Shown here one piece after another: positions 18,473 to 29,624 of a DNA stretch of 64,000 nucleotides. The DNA is taken from assembly GCF_009914755.1 (NCBI RefSeq), contig NC_060935.1; one strand, 5' to 3'. Positions within the stretch are counted from its first letter, which is position 1, and each line of letters opens with the position of its first letter. Under the pieces are notes generated by a model, which worked only from the letters and a program-made list of their open reading frames with translations, had not been told where the DNA came from and searched no databases. Source of the stretch: the human T2T-CHM13v2.0 reference genome, Homo sapiens. The position numbers and the translations under genes are program-made.

Positions 18473-21400
18473 TTCCTGTTTTCTTATATTAATAAGAAAA
18501 ATAAAATGAAATAGTGGTAAAGTGTTGGGATGGCGAAAATTTTGGGGGGTGGTATGGAGAGATAACGGGCGATATTTCTCGGGGCTGCTTCGAGCAGGAT
18601 TAGGGGCGGCTTGGGAACTTAGAGTGGGAGAGATTAAGCTGAAGGAAGATTTTGTGGTAAGGGGTGATATTGTGGGGTTGTTAGAGGAGACATTTGTCAT
18701 GTAGAATTATTGGTGATGGCCTGGATGCTGTTTTGTATGAATTGAAAAACTGAACGGAGTAAGAGAAGGAGAAAAACAGGTATTAAAGGACTAAGAATTG
18801 GGAGGACCTAGGACATCTAATTAAAGAATGCCTAAGGAGATTCAGAATAGCCTTGCCAGCAAAGATTATTTATTTACTTTAAGAGTTAAGAGTGGTGGTT
18901 AGGCGATAGCACCAGGAGATATCAGCTGTGATGGCTTGGAGAAACAGTGTAAGCCGGCAGTGTAAACAAGAGCAGGGCATGTATGAGTAGTTGAGAACGG
19001 TGAATAGGAGTATGACTAGAGAGAAGATAGTAGGGATGACAAGTTTTTTGGAGCACAGTCCAAGTTGGTCTGCTGTCTGGAATGAGACTGGGGCCTAATA
19101 AGAAGGAGCGTCTATACAGGAGCTCAAATGCGCTGTACCCTGTAGCATTCTGAGGACAGGCATGAATTCTGAGAAGGGAAAGTGGTAAAAGTATCGTCCA
19201 GTCCTTTTTAAGTTGGTGGCTGAGCTTGGTGAGGTGTGTTTTTAAAAGACCTTTAGTCCGTTCTACCTTTCCTGAAGACTGAGGACCATAAGGGATATAA
19301 AGGTTTCACTGAATACCAAGAGCCTGAAAACCTGCTTGGCTGATTTGACTAATAAAGGCCGGTCTGCTATCGGACTGTATAGAGGTGGGAAGGCCAAACC
19401 GAGGAATTATGTCTGACAGAAGGGAAGAAATGACCATGGTGGCCTTCTCAGACCCTGTGGGAAAGGCCTCTACCTATCCAGTGAAAGTGTCTACCTAGAC
19501 CAAGAGGTATTTTAGTTTCCTGACTCGGGGCGTGTTGAGTAAAGTCAATTTGCCAGTTCTGGGCAGGGGCAAATCCTTGAGTTTGATATGTAGGGACGGA
19601 GGGGGCCTGAATAATCCCTGAGAAGTAGTAGAATAGCAAATTTGCTAGTCCTGGGTGGGGGCAAATCCCTGAGCTTGATGTGTAGGGAAGGGAGGGGGCC
19701 TGAATCATCCCTGAGAAATAGTAGAATAGCAGATGGAACACTGAGAAGTTATTTCTTTGAGGATAGATTTCCATGATGGAAAGGAAATGAGAGGTTCTAA
19801 GAGGTAGGCTAGTGGCTTCTACTATAGCATAGCCTGCCTTGGCTGGTGTGTGGCGATTAGGCCTGGTGGAACTGCCATCAATAAACCAAGTGTGATCAGG
19901 GTGAGGAACATGAAAGAAGGAAATACGGGGAAATGGGGTGAATGTCAGGTGGATCAGAGAGATACAGTCATGGGGGTCAGGTGTGGTATCAGGAATAATG
20001 TGGGAGGCCGGATGGAAGTCTGGGCCAGGAACAATGATAATTGTGGGAGACTCAACAAAGAGTGAGTACAGCTGAAGGAGCTGGGGAGCAGAAAGTATAT
20101 GTGTCAGGTGTCAGGAAGAAAATAGATTTTGGAAGTTATGAGAACTGTAGAGAGCGAGTTGAACATAGTTTGTGATTTTAAGGGCCTCTGAAAGTATTAG
20201 GGTCGTGGCGGCCACTGCACGCAGACTTGAGGGCTAGGCAAAACAGTAAGGTCAAGTTGTTGGCATAAAAAGGCTACAGGGCACGGTCCCGGTTCTTGTG
20301 TAAGAATTCTGACTGCACAGCCCTGCACTTCGGCTGTGGGTAATGAAAAGGGTTGGGATCAGTCAGGGAGAGCTAGGGTGGGGGCAGTCTCTAAAGCTGT
20401 CTTCAAGGAATGGAAAGAGGAGTGGGAAAAGGATTTAGGATCTATGGGGTCAGCTAGGTTTCCTTTTGTGAGTTTATATAATGGTTTTGTTAGGATGGCA
20501 AAACCAGGTATCTAAAGTTGAAAGTATGTAACCATGCCTAGGAAGGAAAGGAGTTGTTTTGTAGAAGGTGTTGGGGTTTGAGAGATCAGTCAGACATGAT
20601 TGGCAGGGAGAGCACGTGTGTTTTTATGAGCATTATGCCGAGATAGGTAACAGATGAGGACGAAATTTGGGCTTGACTGAAGTAATGGGGGCTGTTTGTG
20701 AAGCTTTGCGGCAGTACAGCCCACGTAATTTGCTGAGCGTGATGCGTGTCAGGGTCAGTCCAAGGGTCAGTCCAAGTGAAAGCAAAGAGAGGCTGGGACG
20801 AAGAGTGCAAAGGAATAGTAAAGAAAGCATGTTTGAGATCCAGAACAGAATAATGGGTTGTGGAGGGAGGTATTGAGGATAGGAGAGTCTATGGGTTTGG
20901 CACCGCAGGATGGATAGGCAAAACAATTTGGTTGATAAGGCGCAGATCCTAAACTAACTTGTAAGGCTTGTCTGGTTTTAGGACAGGTAAAATGGGGAAA
21001 TTGTAAGGAGAGTTTATAGGCTTTAAAAGGCCATGCTGTAGCAGGCGAGTGATAACGGGCTTTAATCTTTTTAAAGTGCACTGCGGATGGGATATTGGCA
21101 TTGAGCGGGGTAAGGGTGATTAGGTTTTAATGAGATGGTAAGGAGTGCATGATCGGTCACCAAGGAGGGAGTAGAGGTATCCTATACTTGTGGGTTAAGG
21201 TGGGGGGGGGCAGGTACAAGAGGAGGACACAAAGGAGGCTTTGGATTGGGAAGAAAGGTGGCAATGAGATGTGGCTGTAGTCCAGGAATAGTCAGGGAAG
21301 CAGATAATTTAGTTAAAATGTCTCAGCTTAATAAGGGAACTGGGCAGGTGGGGATAACTAAAAAGGAGTGCTTAAAAAGGTATTGTCTAAGTTGGCACCA

Positions 21401-23404
21401 GAGTTGGGGAGTTTTAAGAGGTTTAGAAGCCTGGCCATCAATACCTACAACAGTTATGGAGGCAAGGGAAACAGACTCTTGAAAAGAAGGTAATGTGGAG
21501 TGGGTAGCCTCCGTATTGATTAAGAAGGGGACGGACTTAGTTTCCACTGTGAGAGCTATTCGAAGCTCGGCATCCATGATGGTCTAGGGGGCTTCTGAGG
21601 CCATTGGGCAGTGTCAGTCTTCAGCTGCTAAGCCGAGAAGATCTGGGAAGGAGTCAGTCAGAAAGCCTTGGGCCAGAGTTCCAGGGGCTCTGGGAGTGGC
21701 TGCCAGGTGAGTTGGACAGTCTGATTTCCAGTGGGGTCCTGCACAGATGGGACGTGGCTTAGGAGGAATCCTGGGCTGCGGGCATCCCTTGGCCTGGTGG
21801 CCAGATTTCTGGCACTTGTAGCAAGCTCCTGGGGGAGGCAGTTCTGGAGGAATGCCTGGCCACTGCGGTTTAGGCGTTTGGAAGTTCTTGTGTGCTGGAG
21901 ATGTGGCTGGGGTTTGTCTCACAGTGGAGGCAAGGAATTGCAACTCAGGAATATGTTGCTATTTGGCTGCCTCTACTCTATTATTGTACACCTCAAAGGC
22001 AAGGTTAATTAAGTCCTGTTGAGGGGTTTGAGGGCTGGAATTTAGTCTTTGGAGTTTTATTTAATGTTGGGAGTGGATTGGGTAATAAAATGTATATTGA
22101 GAATAAGACGGCCTTTTGACCTTTTAGGGTCTAGGGCTGTAAAGCATCTCAGGGTTGCTGCCAAACAAGCCATGAACTGGGCTGGATTTTTATATTTGAT
22201 GAAAAAGAGCCTAAATGCTATCTGATTTGCGATAAAGAAAAAGGAGCATTAACCTTGATTATGGCTTTAGCTCCAGCCACCTTTTTAAGAGGAAATTGCT
22301 GGGCAGGTGGGGGAGGGCTAGTCACAGAATGAAACTGTAAGCCAGACCGAGTGTGAGGAGGGGAGGTGATAAAAGGATTATAGGGTGGAGGAGCAGAGGC
22401 TGAGGAAGAATTGGGACCTAGCTTGGCCTGCCGAGCTGGGGAGAGGTCAGATGGATCTGTAGAAAAGGAAGATTAGAAAGACTCAGTGACACTTGGGGTT
22501 GGGACTGAGGGGACAGGCAGGAGGGAAAGAAGGAAGATTTGGGACGAGTTGCATTGGGAACAGAGACTAGGGAGGGACCAATGTGTAAAAGAATGCCTGG
22601 ACGTCAGGCACCTCAGACCATTTGCCTATTTTACGACAAGAATTATTTAGATCTTGTGGGATGGAAAAATAGCAAGTGCCATTTTCTGGCTATTTGGAAC
22701 TACTGTCGAGTTTGTATTGGGGTCAAGTGTCATTGTAGAAGAAAATAAGGTGTTTAGGTTTTAGGTCAGGTGTGAGTTGAAGAGGTTTTAAGTTCTTGAG
22801 AATACAGGCTAAGGGAGGAGGAGGAATGGAGGGTGGAAGGTTGCCTATAGTGAAGGAGGCAAGTTTAAAGAGAAGGGTAGAGACACGGAGAAGGGGGTGG
22901 GGAGCAGCTCTGGGCTGCAATGTGGGTGAGCAGCCAAAGCAGGCGTCCCCGCAATTGACTTGCCACCAAGGGAACATGGGTGAATGATCAAGGCAGGCAT
23001 CCCCACGGAGATCAGACACCAATGGAACGTGGGTGAATAATCAGAGAGGCGTCCCGCAATGATTAAACAGCAAGGGAAGCCTGCCTTCCTGAGTCCGTGA
23101 CCGGCGCCGGAGTTTTGGGTCCATGGATAAAACGCATCTCCTTTGTCTCTACCAGAAAAGGAAAGGAACTGAAGTTAAGAGAAAGGAGAGATTGAAGTGT
23201 GGTGCCAAGATTGAAAGGAGAAAGAGGTTGAGGGATAGTGAAGGAGGTTGGAGAAGAGAGTAAAAAGAGGCCACTTACCAGATTTGAAATTAGTGAGATG
23301 TTCCTTGGGCTGGTCGGTCTGAGGACCTGAGGTCATAGGTGGATCTTTCTCACGGAGCAAAGAGCAGGAGAGCAGGGGATTGATCTCCCAAGGGAGGTCC
23401 CCCG

Positions 23405-23422
23405 ATCCGAGTCACGGCACCA
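23405..23422 (-). promoter_or_regulatory. Retroviral primer-binding site for tRNA-His
   Basis: Minus strand TGGTGCCGTGACTCGGAT is complementary to the 18-nt 3' end of tRNA-His(GTG); lies 2 nt inside the 5' LTR boundary. Confidence 0.95.
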
Positions 23423-23424
23423 AA

Positions 23425-23826
23425 TTTCATGGACGTCTGTGTGAAGAGACCGCCAAACCGGCTTTGTGTGAGCAACAAGGCTGTTTATTTCACCTGGGTG
23501 CAACCGGGCTGAGTCCGAAAGACAGTCAGCAAAGGGAGATAGGGTGGGGCCATTTTATAAGATTTGGGTAGGTAAAGGAAGAAGTGGGGTTGTTCTCTGG
23601 CAGGCAGGAGTGGGGGGTCACAAGGTGCTCAGCAGGGGACGTTTTGAGCCAGGATGAGCCAGGAGAAGGAATTTCACAAGATAATGTCATCAGTTAAGGC
23701 AGGAACAGGCCATTTTCACTTCTTTTGTGGTGGACTGTCATTGGTTAAGGCAGGAACTGGCCATCTAGGTGTGTATGTGCAGGTCACAGGGGATATGATG
23801 GCTTAGCTGGGCTCAGAGGCCTGACA
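23425..23826 (-). mobile_element. HERV-H 5' LTR (LTR7) with intact TATA box
   Basis: Minus strand runs tgtcaggcctctgagcccagctaagcc...catgaaa; TATAAAA at 23559-23553. Confidence 0.95.
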
Positions 23827-25384
23827 CTATTCATGTCAGTACTCCTTGTAACCACATGAACTTGTTTCCTTGTGATTGAACTGTAGACAGAACAGGTAAC
23901 TAAGATTAAGTAGAGTAAAATCAGAAAATAATTTATTTTTTCTTTAAGTTCTGAGTGTCAGTGTCCTTACTGAATGGTAGTATTACATGAGGTTTACATT
24001 TACTTCCATCTCCAAGGGTCAATTTATATAAATACGGATTATCCTGAGCACCTATCACAAGATACTACCTCAACATCTGAAAAATAAAAAGCCAAATAAA
24101 TTTCTCATTTAAAGTTTTGTGTATAAGCTAAGCAATATTGTATAGTGGGAACTATGTGATGGACTTTGTAGTTGGAAGGTGACAATATTGGCCTGACACC
24201 AATACTATGTTTTCTAAGAAATCTAAGTCAGATCAAGAAAATAATTTATCATATGTGATGAGAACTGCCAGGTCAATTGTGAATTGTCTGCAGGATATAA
24301 GACTGTCTCACATTTTATTACATGGTATAAGTATATGCATATGCAGACAGCAATGTGTCTTAGAAGGTCAAACAGTTTTAAGATCTTTGCACTATCAAGG
24401 GTTTTATTGTGGACAGAAGTCAAACAGGTTAAGCAGAGAGATCTGTGTTATCACACCTCCACTGCATATTAAAATTTCACATTTTTATTATTCATGGCAA
24501 TGTATTTTCTTTGTATTTTATCCTTAAATGTTTTTCCTTCCTTTCCACCTACCCTGCTTCCGGTCCTGTTTTTGTTTATTTATTTATTTTTTTCAAAAAC
24601 ATTTACTGAACAGCTATTTTGTTCCAGGTACTGTGTTAGTTGTTTGCTGGTAAGTAAATACCTTATCTAATTTCCATTCTTACTGTCATCCTAAGCAGAA
24701 GGTATTTATTGTACCTCCATTTACAAGTGAGTAAATTAAAGTCACATTTAGAAGTCAGGAGCCCTTGTAGCAGAGCACATCTCCCCACATATACAAGCAT
24801 TGTACCTAGGGTGGATGTGTTCCTTCTCTTACTTTTGGGAACGTCCTGCTCATTCATATATCTTGTTTCATATTTTGTTATCTCTGATCGTTAGAAAATT
24901 CTTTAACTTGAGGCAATACTTTTTTCCCAGTGACTTTCACTGAAACCTGTACAAAGTCACTACTCTCATCTTCTCCACAGGCCTTGATTTCTAATTTTTG
25001 GTCTCAAATAATAGCTGTGTTACTAGCTGACATACATTGAATTCTTGGTTAGTATGTGCCAGGCACTGTTTTAGATGCTTTAAAACTTTTTGAATGGCAT
25101 TAGAAAAAAAATGTGCATTTTCTATTTCTTAGATACAAAGTTTTCCTGCTAATTTTTAGTTTTGAAGCTTTTGTGTTTTCATAACACTTCTTTTATTGAG
25201 CTATCAGTTTCTGGTACATGTATATTAAATTATACCTAAAATCAATTTTGAATTTGTCAGATTTTCCTCGCAATTTTGTCGGTAGTTGTTTTAGTCCACT
25301 TTAGGACTCTGCTGTTTGAACAACCCTTTGAAGTTGAAGGTAGGTGTTGTTATGATCTACATTTTTAGGCCTACATTTTTGTAG

Positions 25385-25736
25385 ACTGTGAGGACTAAGC
25401 TCTGATTTTATTTTTATCTTACCCAAATTCCTGTCTAAGGAGTCTGGGGAGTCATGCCCTACAAATCATAAATTCTCATCAGATGGGTTTATTTAACCCT
25501 GTATATCATGACTTACTTTCCAGTCTGACTCTGGCATAACATTATGTGACAAATAAGAAAGTCAAAATACTTTACCCCAAAACATGTTTCTTTGCCATAT
25601 TTTGAAAAGGCCTTGCAAAGCTGTCCTTTGTGGGGGAAAATTTGCATCTGTAAAGAATCTCTATTAACATAGCTAGATCTTTTTCTTCCAGGCCCTCCCA
25701 ATCCTGAAGAGATTAACTGAGAGTCTAGTACATTTT
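25385..25736 (+). mobile_element. MER4-family (MER4D-like) LTR, 5' part
   Basis: tgaggactaagctctgattt...cccaaattcc...gggagtcatgccctacaaa...gaagagattaactgagagtctag; continues seamlessly at 29187. Confidence 0.8.
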
Positions 25737-25745
25737 TTTTTTTTT

Positions 25746-26044
25746 CATTTATAAAGGAAAGAGGTTTAATTGACTCACAGTTCCACATGGCTGAGGAGGC
25801 CTCACAATCATGGCAGAAGGTGAATGAGGAGCAAAGTCACATCTTACATGTCATCAGGCAAAAGAGAGTATGTGCAGGGAAACTCCCCTTTATAAAATCA
25901 TCAGATCTCATGAGACTTATTCACTATCATGACCTGCCCCCATGATTCAATTACCTCCCACTGGGTCCCTCCCACAATATTTGGGAATTATGGGAGCTAC
26001 AATTCAAGATGAGATTTGGGTGGGGACACAGAAAAACCATATCA
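25746..26044 (-). mobile_element. THE1 LTR cut at its poly(A) site (part of a transduced segment)
   Basis: Ends at aaaccatatca (26044). On the minus strand, ATTAAA (25770-25765) is followed 19 nt later by a poly(A) tail (T13 at 25733-25745) instead of the rest of the LTR. Confidence 0.85.
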
Positions 26045-26289
26045 AATACATTCCACTATAAATTATACTCTAGGTGAATGGTGTTTGCAGATTTTTTTGG
26101 AAACTGGTGGTATATTATAGGACAGTGCTAGAAAAATGTCTGGATATTTAAAATAATTTTTCATTGAGGAACAAAAAGAATATATTTTCAATGTAAATAT
26201 AAATCAAAGAGACATAGACTCATAAGGTGGTTAAAATCTCAGGAATTGTTCAACTATCCACTTATTTGAACAGATAAAATAAAATATTG

Positions 26290-26975
26290 TTATCAGTGGA
26301 GACAATGATCAGCTATAAGGAGACATATAAAATAACAGTGGTTTAAACTAATTCCTTTCCGAGTTTACTGAGCATAGGGATTAGCTGGGGATTGTAAAAA
26401 TGCAGATTGTCATTCAATGCATCAGGATGGGGCCTGAAAATCTGCAGTTCTGACAAGGTTGCAAGGAATACTGATGATGCTGGTGGGTTGAGGACCACAC
26501 TCTAAGTAACAAGGATGTAAAAAAGCTTATTTATCACATAAAAATTAGAGGTAGAAAGTTCAGGGCTGGTAAGACAGCTCCCCAAGTTATTCAAGGTCCC
26601 ACCTCCTTTCACTTTCAGGTTTCACCATCTTTAGGGTGTGGTCTTCATTCTTATGGTCCATTATGTAGCTCCAGCTATCATATCTATGTCCCATGCAGCA
26701 GGATGGAAAAAATGGGATGGTAGGAGGAGCGTGGGAACCATAAGAACATGCCAGTGTCTCTCAAGGAAGATTTCTGGAATCTACCACAAGAAAATTTCAA
26801 ACCTTTTCTATTAGCCAGAACTTAGTCACCTGACCACATCCAGGTGAGAGGCAAGCTAGGAAATGTTACTTTTATACTGAGTGGCTATGTGCCTAACTGA
26901 AAGTCCCCACTCTCTATTGGGAAGGGGTGTGTGAGGCATGGAAATGGGGGACGTCTAGCAGTCTCTGCCACAGAT
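26290..26975 (-). mobile_element. Old MLT1-type LTR with a nested MER5A-like DNA transposon (~26370-26515)
   Basis: Degenerate MLT1 motifs (aataacagtggtttaaac; ttagccagaacttagtcac) and MER5A motifs (aaatgcagatt...ggggcctga...gaccacactct). Confidence 0.5.
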
Positions 26976-27290
26976 GCGGATGTCTGCCACAAGAAATGAT
27001 TTGCCAAAGATCACATAGAAAAATTACAGTTCATAGATTAATTATAATCAATACATGTATAGAACTTCTCAGTTTATGTGTGGTGTTGTTGTATGTCATA
27101 GGCTCATTTTGTTTTCATAACTATCATATACTACTATGAGCTTCTTTTTTGGTTGTGGAAAGTGAGGTGCAAAATGATTGAGAGACTTCCGTGATCATAA
27201 AGCCTACCCTCACTACTCTCTTTAAAATTGCATATTTCTGTCTCTCCCTTCTCTCTCCCTCCCCTCTTCCTGATTCCTCTTACTGGGTTC

Positions 27291-29186
27291 TTTATTATTA
27301 TTATTATACTTTAAGTTCTGGGATACATGTGCAGAATGGGCAGGTTTGTTACCTAGGTATACACGTGCCATGATGGTTTGCTGCACCCATCGATCTGTCA
27401 TCTACATTAGGTATTTCTCTTAATAGTATCCCTCCCCTAGCCCCCCACGCCCCTCGGGCCCTGGTGTGTGATGGTCCGCTCCCTGTGTCCATGTGTTCTC
27501 ATTGTTGAACTCCCACTTATGAGTGAAAACATGCAGTATTTGGTTTTCTGTTCCTGTGTTAGTTTGCTGAGAATGATGGTTTCCAGCTTCGTCCATGTCG
27601 CTACAAAGGACATGAACTCATCCTTTTTTAGGGCTGCATAGTATTCCATGGTGTATATGTGCCACATTTGCTTTATCCGGTCTATCACTGATGGGCATTT
27701 GGGTTGGTTCCAAGTCTTTGCTATTGTGAATGGTGCTGCGATAAACATATGTATGCATGTGTCTTTATAATAGAATGATTTATAATCCTTTTGGTATATA
27801 CCCAGTAATGGAATTGCTGGGTCAAATGGTATTTCTGGTTCTAGATCCTTGAGGAGTCGCCACACTGTCTTCCACGATGGTTGAACTAATTTACACTCTC
27901 ACCAACAGTGTAAAAGCATTCCTATTTCTCCACATCCTCTCCAGCACCTGTTGTTTTCCGACTTTTTAATGATCACCATTCTAACTGGCGTGAGGTGGTA
28001 TCTCATTGTGGTTTTGATTTGCATTTCTCTAATGACCAGTGATGATGAGCTTTTTTTCATATGTTTGTTGGCCACATAAATGTCTTCTTTTGAGAAGTGT
28101 CTGTTCTTATCCTTCGCCCACTTTCTTGATGGGGTTGTTTTTTTCTTGTAAATTTGTTTAAGTTCTTTGTAGATTCTGGATATTAGCTCTTTGTCAGATG
28201 GATAGATTGCAAAAATTTTCTCCCATTCTCTAGGTTGCCTGTTCACTCTGGTAATAGTTCTTTTGCTGTTCAGAAGCTCTTTAGTTTAATTAGATCCCAT
28301 TTGTCAATTTTGGCTTTTGTTGCCCTTGATTTTGGTGTTTTAGTCATGAAGTCTCTGCCCATGCCTATGTCCTGAATGGTATTGCCTAGGTTTTCTCCTA
28401 GGGTTTTTATGGTTTTAGGTCTTACGTTTAAGTCTTTAATCCATCTTGAATTAATTTTCGTATAAGTGTAAGGAAGGGGTCCAGTTTCAGTTTTCTGCAT
28501 ATGGCTAGCCAGTTTTCCCAACACCATTTATTAAATGGGGAATCCTTTCCCTATTGCTTGTTTTTGTCAGGATTGTCAAAGATTAGATGGTTGTAGATGT
28601 GTGGTGTTATTTCTGAGGTCTCTGTTCTGTTCCATTGGTCTATATCTCTGTTTTGGTTCCAGTACCATGCTGTTTTGGTTACTGTAGCCTTGTAGTATAA
28701 TTTAAAATCAGGTAGCGTGATGCCTCCAGCTTTGTTCTTTTTGCTTAGGATTGTTTTGGCTATATGGGCTCTTTTTTGGTTCCATATGATATTTAAAGTA
28801 GTTTTTTTCTAATTCTGTAAAGAAAGCCAATCATAGCTTGATGGAGATAGCATTGAATCTATAAATTACTTTGGGCAGTATGGCCATTTTCACAATATTG
28901 ATTGTTTCTATCCATGAGCATGGAATGTTTTTCCATTTGTTTGTGTCCTCTCTTATTTTCTTGAGCAGTGGTTTGTAGTTCTCCTTGAAGAGGTCCTTCT
29001 CATCTCTTGTAAGTTGTATTCCTAGCTATTTTATTCTCTTTGTAGCAATTGTTAATGGGAGTTCACTCATGACTTGGCTCTCGGTTTGTCTATTATTGGT
29101 GGGTAGGAATGCTTGTGATTTTTGCATACTGATTTTGTATTCTGAGACTTTGCTGAAGTAGCTTATCAGCTGAAGGAGATTTTGGG
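27291..29186 (-). mobile_element. 5'-truncated L1PA7-like LINE-1 (~1.9 kb)
   Basis: 3' end ttattattatactttaagttctgggatacatgtgcagaa...; ORF2 C-terminal remnants (WRLLKDLEPEIPFDPAIPLLGIY; [17 protein letters not shown]); 5' junction at ...gattttgggct. Confidence 0.9.
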
Positions 29187-29624
29187 CTAGCACCTTTTAA
29201 AGGCCTCAATAGGAAACATCTGTCATCTATTGTCTCTAAGGCAGCCACTGTGAGACTTCAAAAGAACCTTGGTCTCCACAGTCTTTTATCTTAATCTGAA
29301 CATTGTCTTTCTATTAATCCCAGGTCTTTAGACAAACTCAACCAATTGTAAACTAGAACATGTTTAACTCTACCTATAGCCTGGAAGCCCCTTTCCAGCT
29401 TCAAATTATCCCACCTTTCCAGACCAAACCAATGTATTTCTCAAATGTATTTGATTGATATTTCATGCCTCCCTAAAATGTATAAAACCAAGCTGCACCA
29501 CAACCACCTTGGGCACATGTTCTCAGGACCTTCTAAGGGCCATGTCATGGGCCATGGTCACTCATATTTGGCTCAGAATAAATCTCTTCAAATATTTTAC
29601 GGAGTTTGACTCTTTTCATCGAGA
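29187..29624 (+). mobile_element. MER4-family (MER4D-like) LTR, 3' part
   Basis: ctagcaccttttaaagg...tgtataaaaccaagctg...ggctcagaataaatctcttcaaatattttacggagtttgactctttt. Confidence 0.85.

Larger units (their letters stand above)
18077..23826 (-). mobile_element. HERV-H provirus (~5.75 kb, deleted form with no recognisable intact env)
   Basis: Two LTR7s, 5-bp TSD CTATT at 18072-18076 and 23827-23831, tRNA-His PBS, and remnants of gag zinc knuckle (CYKCQKSGHQAKGC), protease (FLINTEATHS), RT (FAFTWTDP...WAVLPQSF) and integrase (WQIDFT), all disrupted. Confidence 0.95.

Noticed and set aside
19448-21943. HERV-H gag/pro/pol as functional genes
   Set aside because: Fragmented by stops and frameshifts; the protease catalytic motif reads NTEA and the second zinc knuckle lacks a Cys.
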